Assembly (NCBI GenBank): GCA_965237905.1
Contig: OZ250172.1
Coordinates: 1,856,001-1,920,000, forward strand
Length of the DNA: 64,000 bases
Reading direction: 5' to 3'
Origin: Nitrospinaceae bacterium
GTDB taxonomy: Bacteria > Nitrospinota > Nitrospinia > Nitrospinales > Nitrospinaceae
Shown: piece after piece, positions 48,927 to 59,214 of the stretch
How the letters are laid out: each line of letters begins with the position of its first letter
Position numbering within the stretch: the stretch's first letter is position 1
Notes under the pieces: model-generated
The model's input: only the letters and a program-made list of their open reading frames with translations
Database searches by the model: none
What the model was told of the DNA's origin: nothing
Translations under genes and position numbers: made by a program

Positions 48927-51878
48927 ATGCAGTCTTCAGGTTCCATAAATAAGTTCGTCGATCGCCTGTTTGAATCCAAGATGGAGAAAAACGGGGTTAT
49001 CCTGTTGATGGGCGAGGAGTGCTCACTGCGCTCCGGGATGCCTACGGCATCTGAATGGGTTGCGGCGATCAAAAAAAGTTACCCCAAGGCCTACGAAAAA
49101 GCCCGAACCAAAGACCTCCAGCATTGCGCGGCGGAATTAGCGGCCACTCAGAAATTCGAACTATTCAGTTTTTATCTGCGAAAATCGAAAGTCAGTTGGG
49201 CGCATTTATGTATAGCCCTGCTCATGAAAGAGGGATTTTTGAACCGGGTGTATACCACCTGCCCCGACCCTCTTTTGGAGAGGGCCTGTACTTTGGTGGG
49301 AGAGTTCCCAACCGTTTACGACTGTACGGTAGGAGCGATCACCAAACCGGAGTTGATACCCCCAAAATCGATCATTCATCTGAAGGGCCAGACTCTGGGT
49401 GCGAAGCCCGGTTCTCTGGAGGGCGTACTTTCCAGCGCGGGACGCAGCGGCCCCTGGTTGGTACTGGGATATAACCCCGATTCCAAAGACCCGGTTTACG
49501 AACAGGTCGCCTGGCTCGATAACATCAGTAAAGGATTGCTCTGGGTATTTTCGGGAAGCCAGCCTCCGGCGCGGTTTCTGCAGGAGCAGGTTTTTTCCAA
49601 AGCGAACAATCATTACACCCATTCCGAGGATCCGGACGTTTTTCTGGTTTCGCTGATTCGCATGATGAAGATCGGCATCCCCGAACTCATCGGTTACCCA
49701 TTTACGTTTTTGGGCCAATGGCTGAATAAAGTGGGCGCCTACCCTGCGCCCGGTCAGAAGGATGGGCTGAATATAGCGGATATTTCCCTCAAACAGACGA
49801 AAGCGGCTATCCAGCAGTATGAAGGTCCAGAACGGGGTAGCGATATCGGAGATGAAGAAGAAGCGGCAGGCGGGGTGGATGACCCGGAATTGTTGAAAGC
49901 CATTCAGGCGGCGCGCACCGGTTTGATGGCGGGGAACCCGAAGAAAGTGATCGAGCAGCACAAGCAGTTTGAAGAGACCCCTTCCGTTCAATTAGGTCAT
50001 CTTTTGAATTGGGCCTACCAGGTAGAAGGAGACTCCGCTGTTGAGGAAGCCAATAAACTGTTCGGCCCAAAAGCCTTGAAAAAATTAAAAGAGGCCCAGC
50101 CTCATTATGAAATGGCCCTTCAGATCAGGCCGGACGCTCCTCACACCTATTTCAAATTGGGCCGGTTGCTGGTTGAGCAGGCCAAAATTCAATCCGATGA
50201 CAATACTGCCGATCTGCTGGAGCAGGGCTCTGAACAATTCAAAAAGGCTCTCGAATTGAATCCTGATTTTTATGAAGCCAATTACGAGTTGGCGATGGTG
50301 CTTACAGAATTAGCCGGCACCAAAACCGACCCGGAATCGGATCAGTTATACGAGACGGCCGCAAAACAATTTCAAGAGAGCCTACGCGTCCAACCCAATC
50401 ATCCCGAGGCCGCTTATGGGGCCGGCCATGTGATGTTTTCTCAAGGGCGCCGCAAGAAAGGCGCGGATGCCGTACGGCTATACACCCAAGCGGTGGAAAT
50501 GTTTAAAATCGCCTTGCATGGCAACCCAGACAAAAGGGAGGCAATGGTGGAAATGGGGCAATCGCTCTTTATTCTTTCCAAAACCAAAAAAGGGGAAGAC
50601 GCCGATCGGTTTCTGATGATGGCCGAAGAAAAATTCCAGCAAGCCATACAACTGGATTCCACACTGGCAGAGGCTCAGTTCGGGTGGGCCGACGTTTTGA
50701 TGGAACGCGCGACATTGAAAAATGACGCGACTTCTGACCGGTTCTTCAACAAAGCGTTCGAAAAATACCAGGAAGTTTTGAATCTCAAGCCGGATATGCC
50801 GCGCGTGAATTTCCGATGGGCCGTGGGGCAATACAATATGGCGATGAAAAAATCCGGTGACGAAGCTGTCGGTTTGCTCAAGGATGCGGCGGCAAAATTT
50901 AAAAAAGCCCTCCAACGCAATCCCAAAAGTATTGAAATCCTGAGTCGCCTGGGACGCGTGTACTTTGAGTTAGCGAACAAACATAAAGGTTCTAATGCGG
51001 AGAAGCTCTATTCCCAAACCGTGAATCATTTCCATGACCTGCTAAAGCTACAACCGAAAAATTATAAAGTTATCTCCCAAGTGGGTGAAATTTATTACCA
51101 TATTTCCATGCTTAAAAAAGACAAGGAAGCGGAAAACCTGGTTCAAGCTTCCATCGAGAAATATCAGGATGTTCTTAAGATCAAACCTGACTACAGCCGG
51201 GCTATCATGTTGTGGGGAAATGCACTATTCCGGTTGGCAACTCTCAAGTCGGGCGACACGGGAGAGGATCTCTATAACCAAGCTGAGAAGAAATATGCGC
51301 AGGCCCTGAAAATTCATCCCAATGATGCCACCGCCTTGAGTAATTTTGGTTCGATCCTGTTGAAACGAGCCAAAAGGGAAGATCCGGACAAGGCAGGTCC
51401 CTTGTTGAATAAAGCGGTTGATTCCTTTCAGACCGCCATTGAGATTCGGGAGAACAATCCGGAAGCGCTCAACATGATGGGAGAAGCTTTAATCGCCCAA
51501 GCCAAAAGCAAACGGGGTATCAATGCGCATCCTCTGTTGGCCGAAGCGAAAGGGGTGCTTCAAAAAGCTGAAGAATACCAACCCGGCGCCGGGTGTTATA
51601 ACATGGCGAGACTCCAGGCTCAATTGGCGAACGAAACAGGGTGCCGTCAATGGCTGCAACGGTGCCAGGAACACAATGTTCTCCCCGATGCCGATGTGCT
51701 TACTGGGGAAACCCTGTTTGCCTCGGTGCGTGAATCCAATTGGTTTAAAAAACTGGTGCCCGATTCAGAACAACCGAAAGAGGGGCAGGAAGAGGTTGAG
51801 AACGGAATCGCCATGCCTACCAGTGACAATGCACCCGCCCCTTCCCCCAACAAGTCAACCAAACCTGCCAACGCGTAA
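48927..51878 (+). CDS. Degenerate SIR2-like domain plus a long TPR array
   Basis: LLMGEECSLRSGMPTA, AHLCIA, VYTTCPDPLLERA, IIHLKG and LVLGY map onto SIR2 motifs; about 12 helical repeats ending A(L/I)xxxP. Confidence 0.8.
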   Translation: MQSSGSINKFVDRLFESKMEKNGVILLMGEECSLRSGMPTASEWVAAIKKSYPKAYEKARTKDLQHCAAELAATQKFELFSFYLRKSKVSWAHLCIALLMKEGFLNRVYTTCPDPLLERACTLVGEFPTVYDCTVGAITKPELIPPKSIIHLKGQTLGAKPGSLEGVLSSAGRSGPWLVLGYNPDSKDPVYEQVAWLDNISKGLLWVFSGSQPPARFLQEQVFSKANNHYTHSEDPDVFLVSLIRMMKIGIPELIGYPFTFLGQWLNKVGAYPAPGQKDGLNIADISLKQTKAAIQQYEGPERGSDIGDEEEAAGGVDDPELLKAIQAARTGLMAGNPKKVIEQHKQFEETPSVQLGHLLNWAYQVEGDSAVEEANKLFGPKALKKLKEAQPHYEMALQIRPDAPHTYFKLGRLLVEQAKIQSDDNTADLLEQGSEQFKKALELNPDFYEANYELAMVLTELAGTKTDPESDQLYETAAKQFQESLRVQPNHPEAAYGAGHVMFSQGRRKKGADAVRLYTQAVEMFKIALHGNPDKREAMVEMGQSLFILSKTKKGEDADRFLMMAEEKFQQAIQLDSTLAEAQFGWADVLMERATLKNDATSDRFFNKAFEKYQEVLNLKPDMPRVNFRWAVGQYNMAMKKSGDEAVGLLKDAAAKFKKALQRNPKSIEILSRLGRVYFELANKHKGSNAEKLYSQTVNHFHDLLKLQPKNYKVISQVGEIYYHISMLKKDKEAENLVQASIEKYQDVLKIKPDYSRAIMLWGNALFRLATLKSGDTGEDLYNQAEKKYAQALKIHPNDATALSNFGSILLKRAKREDPDKAGPLLNKAVDSFQTAIEIRENNPEALNMMGEALIAQAKSKRGINAHPLLAEAKGVLQKAEEYQPGAGCYNMARLQAQLANETGCRQWLQRCQEHNVLPDADVLTGETLFASVRESNWFKKLVPDSEQPKEGQEEVENGIAMPTSDNAPAPSPNKSTKPANA

Positions 51879-51919
51879 CCCTTATCCCAACCCAAATGAT
51901 CATCTTGCCGTTCTACCCC

Positions 51920-53902
51920 TCACGTCTTGGGTACACCGGTCCCATTGGAAAGAAACTTTTTCACATCCTCCAGGTTTTGCGTCTGTGTGCACTCGGGGAG
52001 TGAATTTAAAAACTGCTTGCCGTAACTGCGTTGGGTCATGCGCGAATCCAGAATTGCCACCACCCCCTTGTCAGTGCGTTTGCGGATGAGGCGGCCAAAT
52101 CCCTGGCGCAGTTGAATGATCGCCCGCGGTACCTGGTAGTGCTTGAATGGATTGAGCGACCGTTTTTTCATATCTTCAATGCGCGCTTCAACCAACGGTT
52201 CTGTCGGCACATCGAACGGTAATTTGGTAATGATGACACTCGACAACGCATCACCGGGAATATCCACCCCCTGCCAGAACGAACTGGTTCCAAAAATGAC
52301 TGAAGGTTTTTCCTTGAAGCGCTGAATCATCCGGCTGGGTGCCAGGTCCCCTTGCTTTAATATTTGATATTGGTGGAGCTTGGGATCAAGAATCTGGTGC
52401 ACACGGTTGAGGATGTCGTAACTGGTAAACAGAACGAACGTTTTTCCACCGGTAGCGTGAATCAGGTCCAACGTCCGATCAGCCAGCGCGGTGACGTACC
52501 TGGCGACATCTTCTCCCGGCTCCGGCATGTCCCGAGGCAGGTACAGCAGAGCCTGGCTGGCGTAATCGAAGGGCGAATCCAGAGTCGTTTCCTCTTTAGG
52601 CGTACACCCAAGACGTTCTTTAATGTGCTCGAAATTGCGGTTGGTGGTTAAGGTGGCGGAGGTCAGGACCGCCCGGTCAACCTTGGAGAACACCTGTTCG
52701 TGCAGTTCTTCATTGATGTTGATGGGCATCCCCCGCAGGGTGGCGCGGGTGAACCTTTTTTTAGGCGTGACCTCCAGCCAGTAGACGTACTCTTTCATGT
52801 TCTGATTCAGCAAAGCGGAGATTGTATTGTTGTATTCAAACACGCGGGTGGCTGCGGCCGAAACCTCCAGTTGCTCCTCTTCCGAAGTTACCCGGTGCTC
52901 AAGGGATTTCAACGCTTCGTGCAAATCCTGTAAAGGAATGAACAGCGTATTGTTCAAAGTGGGCGGACTGTAAAAGCGCAGGGTGCGTTCCTTTCGCCCG
53001 AATTCGTCAAACAGGTTCGCAAAAAATCCTTCCACAGCGATCCGAACCTTGCTTATCTTGTGCCGGATTTCCACCGTCAAGTCCTCACGCATTCGGCCCA
53101 GCGTACCACGTTTCGTTTTGGCGTTGTAGAGACGGTCGAGAAAATAGAACAAGCCAGAGTTGGAAATATCCAGTCCCAGAAAAGAAGTGGCGGCCTCTTC
53201 CAGATTCTGCGCTTCATCGAAAATGACCGCGTCGTAACGGGGAAGCACCGCGCCGCTGTTCGCCACATTGGCAAAGAACAGGTGGTGGTTGACGATCAGG
53301 ATATGCGCCCCGAACCATTTGCGCCGTTCTTTAAAATAAAAACACGAATTGAAGGTTTCGCACTGTTTGCCCATGCACAAATCTTTCTGCCGTCCGACTT
53401 CTTCCCAGACGGAAGGCGAGGGCTCGAACGGCAGATCGTTGCGGAAACCGGATTCCGTAAGGCCGGCCCAATGAAAAATTTTGTTCAGCTGTTCGTCTTC
53501 TGCCACATTGCCGAACAGGCGGGTCTGGCTGGCCCGTTTCATCCGCCGCAGGGACAGGTAGTTTTCGCTTCCCAGACACAGTGAGTATTTGAACGGTAGC
53601 CCCAGCACATCGCGCAGAAAGGGAATGTCCTGATTCACAATCTGTTCCTGCAGGGTTTTGGTGTAGGTCGATATGATGACGCGGGTTTCGTTTTGCAGAG
53701 CCCACAAGACCGCCGGGATCAGATAGGCCAGGCTTTTCCCGGTTCCGGTCCCGGCTTCGACCATCAGGTGATGGCCTTCCTCCAGAGCGGCGGTCACTCC
53801 ACGGGCCATTTCCAGTTGTTGAGGGCGGAATTCAAAAGAGCTCAGTTTTTGCGACAGTACTCCGCCGCTTTCGAAATAAGTTTTGATTTCGGCGACATTC
53901 AT
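51920..53902 (-). CDS. DinG/YoaA-family ATP-dependent DNA helicase
   Basis: FRPQQ Q-motif; EAGTGTGKS; FDEAQ; TSATL; FWQGVD; QGFGRLIR. Confidence 0.93.
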   Translation of the reverse strand: MNVAEIKTYFESGGVLSQKLSSFEFRPQQLEMARGVTAALEEGHHLMVEAGTGTGKSLAYLIPAVLWALQNETRVIISTYTKTLQEQIVNQDIPFLRDVLGLPFKYSLCLGSENYLSLRRMKRASQTRLFGNVAEDEQLNKIFHWAGLTESGFRNDLPFEPSPSVWEEVGRQKDLCMGKQCETFNSCFYFKERRKWFGAHILIVNHHLFFANVANSGAVLPRYDAVIFDEAQNLEEAATSFLGLDISNSGLFYFLDRLYNAKTKRGTLGRMREDLTVEIRHKISKVRIAVEGFFANLFDEFGRKERTLRFYSPPTLNNTLFIPLQDLHEALKSLEHRVTSEEEQLEVSAAATRVFEYNNTISALLNQNMKEYVYWLEVTPKKRFTRATLRGMPININEELHEQVFSKVDRAVLTSATLTTNRNFEHIKERLGCTPKEETTLDSPFDYASQALLYLPRDMPEPGEDVARYVTALADRTLDLIHATGGKTFVLFTSYDILNRVHQILDPKLHQYQILKQGDLAPSRMIQRFKEKPSVIFGTSSFWQGVDIPGDALSSVIITKLPFDVPTEPLVEARIEDMKKRSLNPFKHYQVPRAIIQLRQGFGRLIRKRTDKGVVAILDSRMTQRSYGKQFLNSLPECTQTQNLEDVKKFLSNGTGVPKT

Positions 53903-54252
53903 AACCTCGCATGGTATGTGGGATTAAGGGGTGCGTAAAGATATATTTAACTCGCGGACCCGTTGGATGAAAAATTGTTGTTAGTTGTGGACGTCCTTTG
54001 AAATTGGAATCGCTAAGCTTTGCCGACTCCATTGAATAGGCCTTTTGCAGGGTTTTTCAGTTGAAGGCCCCGAATCTTCTATTTAACTCATTGAACTTAT
54101 GGAAGTTAAGCCAATAAAAAAGGGATTTATCGATTGAATTTGCTTTTTTTAAATTGTAAGATTATTGCAGTTGTTTTCAGTGAGATAAGTCCTAAACAAT
54201 CAATATCTTAATACCCACCCCCCAAACCTTTTCATTCGAAGGAGTCTCACCC

Positions 54253-55092
54253 ATGAAAATCCTCTCATCTTTTCTGCTATTGGCGTTCCTTTTCACTTCC
54301 AACGCCTATGCCGCTGATGAAACCTCCCAGCAGGAATTGTTGAAGGACTCCAAGTCCGTGGTGGAAGAAATCATGAACACGCCGGATCTGGGGATTCCTT
54401 CCGGTCTCATGTCCAGGGCGCAAGCGGTCATCATATTTCCCGCCATGTTCAAAGGTGGATTTTTTATCGGTGCCCGGTACGGCAAGGGGGTTGCAACGGT
54501 TAGGAATTCCAAAACCGGCCAATGGGGACCGCCGTCGTTCATTACCACTCTGGGCGGCAGTTTTGGTCTCCAATTCGGAGCTCAGGCGGTGGACCTGATT
54601 TTAATCGTCATGACTGAGAAGGGTATCAAGGGCCTTCTGCACAACAACTTCACCTTGGGTGGAGATATTGCCATCGCAGCCGGTCCGGTGGGCCGCCACG
54701 CTGAGCTGGGTGTCGATATTTTATTGCAGGGTGACATGTATTCGTATTCCCGCAGTAAGGGTCTTTTTGGCGGAGTGTCTTTAAAAGGAACCATTATCAA
54801 GCAAAATGTGGGCTACAACGAGGCGCATTACAATGCAAAACTGACGCCGGAAGAAATCATGATTGATGGCAAGGTTAAAAACGTGCCTGAATCATCCCGG
54901 CAGTTCACCAAATATATGAACCAGATCGCGCCGCCGGAAAAGCCTGAATACGACAAGTCAGAATGGATGGGCTGGACAAATGATCCCAAATACGGTTTTG
55001 CGCCCAAGTATGAACCCAAGGTGATGGCTCAAAACACGCAGGTGGAGCCAGAGCCGGCACGTCAACCGAAGGAAGCGTTGCCGCTCTGGTAA
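54253..55092 (+). CDS. Lipid-binding SYLF/Ysc84-domain protein
   Basis: Signal peptide; KGGFFIGARYGKG, GSFGLQFG, AAGPVGR and YSRSKGLFGG motifs. Confidence 0.9.
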   Translation: MKILSSFLLLAFLFTSNAYAADETSQQELLKDSKSVVEEIMNTPDLGIPSGLMSRAQAVIIFPAMFKGGFFIGARYGKGVATVRNSKTGQWGPPSFITTLGGSFGLQFGAQAVDLILIVMTEKGIKGLLHNNFTLGGDIAIAAGPVGRHAELGVDILLQGDMYSYSRSKGLFGGVSLKGTIIKQNVGYNEAHYNAKLTPEEIMIDGKVKNVPESSRQFTKYMNQIAPPEKPEYDKSEWMGWTNDPKYGFAPKYEPKVMAQNTQVEPEPARQPKEALPLW

Positions 55093-55103
55093 GGAGACCT
55101 TTG

Positions 55104-55164
55104 TGTCAGCCTGAGCTTGCCGAAGGGGGACACGGTGTCATACTTCGACAGGCTCAGCATAACA
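55104..55164. repeat. REP-like inverted pair (family B)
   Basis: TGTCAGCCTGAGCTTGCCGAAG ... CTTCGACAGGCTCAGCATAACA; the second arm matches 59777-59802 in reverse complement at 25 of 26 nt. Confidence 0.8.
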
Positions 55165-55296
55165 CCGATTATATGTTCCTGTCCCAAGCACCATACAAAA
55201 ATAGACCGGCCCGTGGAACCGTATCAGGTACCCGGCCCGGTTATTTTTTTGCGCAAACGCGCGCCTCCGAGGAGCTGTATTTATCTGTTGAGGGGT

Positions 55297-55749
55297 TTAC
55301 GTTAAGCGCATGGCGGTGGTCCACAGCAGGCCCAGCCCGAAGATCAATACGGTGGCGTTGAGACGGACCGACCATCCATGCAGGGATCGGAATTGCGGTT
55401 CCAGAGCTTCGCGGTTTTCCGGTTGCTCCTGCATCTGTTGCTTCAGGACACGCGCCTGCGGGTTGATGATCAGACCCGCATAAAACGTACAGGCCGCCAT
55501 GACGGTGAGAAATATCAGAGGCGGACCTGCCATTCCACGAGGGCTCAGCATCAGCGTGGCGGCGGCCAGAACACTGCAGATGTATCCGATGGCGTAGTAT
55601 TTCGGGAAAATCGCGCCCACCACTTCCCCGGCTTTCTCCCGGTCGAGCAGGCGAAACACGGCCGGCGCGGTGAAGAAGGAGAAGAAAATAATACTTCCCA
55701 TCCACATTACGAGACTGAGTAAATGTATGAAATGGATCAGGGTCTCCAT
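55297..55749 (-). CDS. DUF4149-family membrane protein
   Basis: WMGSIIFFSFFTAPAVF, FPKYY and FRSLHGWS motifs; 4 TM helices. Confidence 0.85.
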   Translation of the reverse strand: METLIHFIHLLSLVMWMGSIIFFSFFTAPAVFRLLDREKAGEVVGAIFPKYYAIGYICSVLAAATLMLSPRGMAGPPLIFLTVMAACTFYAGLIINPQARVLKQQMQEQPENREALEPQFRSLHGWSVRLNATVLIFGLGLLWTTAMRLT

Positions 55750-55789
55750 GGCACTTCATCATAACGAAGGATGGCGGGAGGAGGTAGAA

Positions 55790-56530
55790 TTATTTTGCGC
55801 TGGCGAGAGCTTCGGAAATTTCCTGTACGATGCGTTGCGCCGCCGCTTTGGGATCGGCCGCGTCGCGAATGGGACGCCCCACCACCAGATAATCGGCGCC
55901 GGACTGGATGGCCTGCGTGGGAGTAGTTATGCGGCTTTGATCATCCTTCTTTACAGCACTCTCAGAAGGACGGATTCCCGGCGTGACTGTAAGAAACGCT
56001 TCGCCCAGTTGATTGCGTATCATGTGTGCCTCGGTTCCGGAGCAGACCACGCCAGCGCACCCTGCATTTTTAGCCCGCCGGGCATACTCCGCAATCAATT
56101 CAGTAATGTTTATGCCCTCGCGGAAGCCTATTTCTTTCGTCAGGTGTTCCGTTCCTATACTGGTGAGCACGGTGACTCCCAGAATCTGCAAGCCGGAGTC
56201 GCCGGCACCCTGCACCGCGGTTTTTAACATCGCCTCGCCTCCTGCACAATGCACGGTCAGGAAACGGACTTTGTGGGCGGCGGCGGATTGGACGGCTCTT
56301 TCAACGGTGGCGGGGATATCGTGCAGTTTGAGATCGAGAAATATTTCGGCGTCGCTGTGGTCCTTGATGGCGGTGAGAACGGCAGGTCCTTCTTTGATGA
56401 ACAGTTCCAATCCCACTTTAAACATGCCCACGCAACCGTCCAGCTTTTGGACAAAAGAAACCGCCTCATCCACCCCCGGAACGTCCAGGGCGAAGATGAG
56501 GCGGGATTTTGGGTCATTGAGACCAATCAT
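55790..56530 (-). CDS. pyrF: Orotidine 5'-phosphate decarboxylase
   Basis: FKVGLEL, FLDLKLHDIPAT, VTPGIR and VVGRPI motifs. Confidence 0.97.
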   Translation of the reverse strand: MIGLNDPKSRLIFALDVPGVDEAVSFVQKLDGCVGMFKVGLELFIKEGPAVLTAIKDHSDAEIFLDLKLHDIPATVERAVQSAAAHKVRFLTVHCAGGEAMLKTAVQGAGDSGLQILGVTVLTSIGTEHLTKEIGFREGINITELIAEYARRAKNAGCAGVVCSGTEAHMIRNQLGEAFLTVTPGIRPSESAVKKDDQSRITTPTQAIQSGADYLVVGRPIRDAADPKAAAQRIVQEISEALASAK

Positions 56531-56540
56531 GTATTAATCA

Positions 56541-58358
56541 TCAGAAGTTTCTGAACGAGTAATCGTTAGCATCGACTGCTCCATCGTCCGATGATTCGTC
56601 CGTGGTTTCCTCGGGAGCCGGTTCTTCAACCATCGCTTCGCCACCGGTGTTCGTTTCAAACGAATCCTCGGACGTGCCGATCGGAGTGACTTCCGGATTT
56701 TCCTCCGTGGTGCCCACGGGGGTCACTTCGGGAGATTCCGAACCGTCTGATGATTCTACACCAGATTCCCCGGCGTTTTCAAAGGATTCCTCAGCCGGAG
56801 TTTCTTCTGCAGTTTCCATGGCAGGTTCTTCTACAGGAGTTTCCTCAGCGGTCTCCATGGCAGGTGCTTCCGCAGGAGTTTCCTCGGCAGTGCCAAAAGA
56901 CTCTTCGACAGCCGGGGCTTCCTCTGCAGTCTCCATGGCAGGTTCTTCCGCCGGAGCCTCTTCAGCCGTCTCCATCATGGGTTCTTCAGCTGGAGTTTCC
57001 TCGGCAGTCTCCATGGCGGGTGCCTCCGCAGGAGTCTCTTCTGCAGTCGCGAAAGGATCTATAAAAGGAGTTCCCTCAGCCGGAGCCTCTTCAGCCGTAT
57101 CGAAAGACTCTTCTACAGGAGTTTCCTCGGCAGTCTCCATGGTGGGTTCTTCAACTGGAGTTTCCTCAGCGGTTTCCATAGCAGGTGCTTCCGCAGGAAT
57201 TTCTTCCTGCACGGCATCAAAAGACTCTTCGACCGCAGGAGTTTCCTCCTGAACAGCATCAAAGGACTCTTCTACTGCGGGAGCCTCTTCCTGAACGGCG
57301 TCAAAAGACTCTTCCATCGCAGGAGCTTCCTCCTGAACAGCGTCAAAGGACTCTTCCATCGGAGGAGTTTCTTCTACCGGAGTTTCATCGATAGCTGGTG
57401 TTTCCTCTACAGCGGGCTCGAATGTTTCTTCCGGTGTTTTTTCCAGAGTCATTTGACCGGCGGCTTCCTGCTGTTTTTTCTGACGTTCGAGGTAACCCTT
57501 CAGGTATTTCAGATTGCTGGACGCCTCCTTAAGCCTCGGATCAAACTTCAAAGCCTTCTCATAACTCTCCATGGCTGACTCCAGTTGCTCGGAGTTCTGG
57601 TGCATGGCGCCGATATTATAGTAAGCCGAAGCGAGTCCCGGTTTTTCATTGAGGGCCAGCTCGAAATAACGGATGGCATCGTCATGACGTTCCAGGTAAC
57701 CATAGACCAGACCCATGTTGTAATATTTCACGGTCCGGGAAGGAGCGGAACTCAGGGACTGTTCCAGATTGCCTACCGCGTTCTCATAATCTCCCGTACG
57801 GGCCTGCACTTCGCCCAGGCGATAGGCGGTCAGGTAGTCCGAGGAATTCAAATTGACTGCCTGCTGCAGGGGATCCAACGCGCTTTTATAGTGTTTGAGT
57901 CGGTAATGCGCCTCACCCAGCTTGGCAAAGTATCGGGAGTTGCTTCCATAATTTTGTGTCAGAGATTTCAAAGGCCCGACCATTTGTTTCCAGGAACCCC
58001 GGATTTCATAAATCCGCACCAGGGTCTGGTTCGCCTCTTCATTAGTGGGGTCCAGCTTCAATGCCTTTTTAGCCGTTTTGATAGCACTGCTGTAGTGTCC
58101 GGTATTGGCATAGACCATACTCAAATAACTGAGAGCGCCCACGTGTTTGGGATCCTGCCGCACTGCCTGCTCGAACAATTGTTGCGCTCTCTTGTAATTC
58201 CCGTCCTGCGCTTGCTGGACGCCCTTGTTGTAGGTTCCCGTAGCGTCGGACACCACGTAATCCTTTAATATTAGGGTGCTCAGGTTTACAGCGGTAGCAT
58301 TGCCAACGATGCCCAGGACGAAAAAAATACTTGCGATCCAAGCCAGGGGCCTTTTCAT
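56541..58358 (-). CDS. Exported TPR protein with a long acidic low-complexity repeat tail
   Basis: Signal peptide; about 7 TPRs; repeated EETPAEAPAMETA and EESFDAVQEE units. Confidence 0.88.
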   Translation of the reverse strand: MKRPLAWIASIFFVLGIVGNATAVNLSTLILKDYVVSDATGTYNKGVQQAQDGNYKRAQQLFEQAVRQDPKHVGALSYLSMVYANTGHYSSAIKTAKKALKLDPTNEEANQTLVRIYEIRGSWKQMVGPLKSLTQNYGSNSRYFAKLGEAHYRLKHYKSALDPLQQAVNLNSSDYLTAYRLGEVQARTGDYENAVGNLEQSLSSAPSRTVKYYNMGLVYGYLERHDDAIRYFELALNEKPGLASAYYNIGAMHQNSEQLESAMESYEKALKFDPRLKEASSNLKYLKGYLERQKKQQEAAGQMTLEKTPEETFEPAVEETPAIDETPVEETPPMEESFDAVQEEAPAMEESFDAVQEEAPAVEESFDAVQEETPAVEESFDAVQEEIPAEAPAMETAEETPVEEPTMETAEETPVEESFDTAEEAPAEGTPFIDPFATAEETPAEAPAMETAEETPAEEPMMETAEEAPAEEPAMETAEEAPAVEESFGTAEETPAEAPAMETAEETPVEEPAMETAEETPAEESFENAGESGVESSDGSESPEVTPVGTTEENPEVTPIGTSEDSFETNTGGEAMVEEPAPEETTDESSDDGAVDANDYSFRNF

Positions 58359-58519
58359 ACCTCGTCTCCTCATGCAAAAGTATTGGGTAAGATTTTCATA
58401 GAAAGTAAAGTGAATTTAATTAATGATAAATCCCGGCAGAAGGATTGTAAACCCCGACCTCCCCTGATTGACTTTAGTGCGCAAGTTTCAATGGAATTCG
58501 TTTATCTGGGAGGGGATGT

Positions 58520-59074
58520 TTATGGCCTCGAATCCAGTCTTCTGATTTGGTGTAGGATTTTAGCCGTGGCCCCCCAAATATGGTGCTCCAAGTACCAATA
58601 TGCAACCATTTGTTTTTGTGGGGGATAGCCCATTTCCGGGTGGTGGGTGGACAGCAGAGGTAGGAGAGGAGTTTCCAACACTTTTTGCACCTCACTCGGA
58701 TTTTTGCGGTATTGCGGCAGTTTATCGAGAATCGTGATAAAAGGCGCAATATCAAATCCTGTAAGGGTTGTGACAGCTGGAAGTAGACCCAGCACCTGAG
58801 ACGCCGGTATATCCAGGTCCAGCTCTTCCCGGGTTTCGCGCAGAGCCGTGGTCAGCAGGGTGCCGTCCTGTTCCTCAAAGAAGCCGCCGGGAAAGGAGAT
58901 TTCCCCGGCATGCAGGCGCAACTGTTCAGACCGCTGGATCAACAGGACGTGCGGCTGGCGGTGTCGGGTGTAGAGGACGACCAGCACCGCGGAGGATTTC
59001 TTATTTTCCGGCAACGGAGCTTCTGGTAACGGGCACTCGGATCGCAACCGGTCGGCTAGTAAATTGAGATCCAT
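58520..59074 (-). CDS. Nudix CoA pyrophosphatase
   Basis: SAVLV, HAGEISFPGG, TALRETREE and IWGATA motifs. Confidence 0.9.
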   Translation of the reverse strand: MDLNLLADRLRSECPLPEAPLPENKKSSAVLVVLYTRHRQPHVLLIQRSEQLRLHAGEISFPGGFFEEQDGTLLTTALRETREELDLDIPASQVLGLLPAVTTLTGFDIAPFITILDKLPQYRKNPSEVQKVLETPLLPLLSTHHPEMGYPPQKQMVAYWYLEHHIWGATAKILHQIRRLDSRP

Positions 59075-59125
59075 AATTCGGGTTGTGGTCACAGAGACCT
59101 TTGCGTAACGCAGATAATAAAATAT

Positions 59126-59210
59126 TCCTCCCCTCACCAAGGGGAGGATACAGGTGGGGTTATGACAACTCCACCCCTCACCTTAATCCTCTCCCCATGA
59201 GGGGAGAGGA
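59126..59210. repeat. REP-like hairpin doublet (family C)
   Basis: TCCTCCCCT-cacca-AGGGGAGGA...GGTGGGG and CCCCTCACC...TCCTCTCCCC-atga-GGGGAGAGGA. Confidence 0.7.
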
Positions 59211-59214
59211 GAAA

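Noticed and set aside
56600..57420. Roughly 39-bp periodic repeats resembling a CRISPR array
   Set aside because: They are degenerate in-frame coding repeats with no unique spacers, and there are no cas genes.
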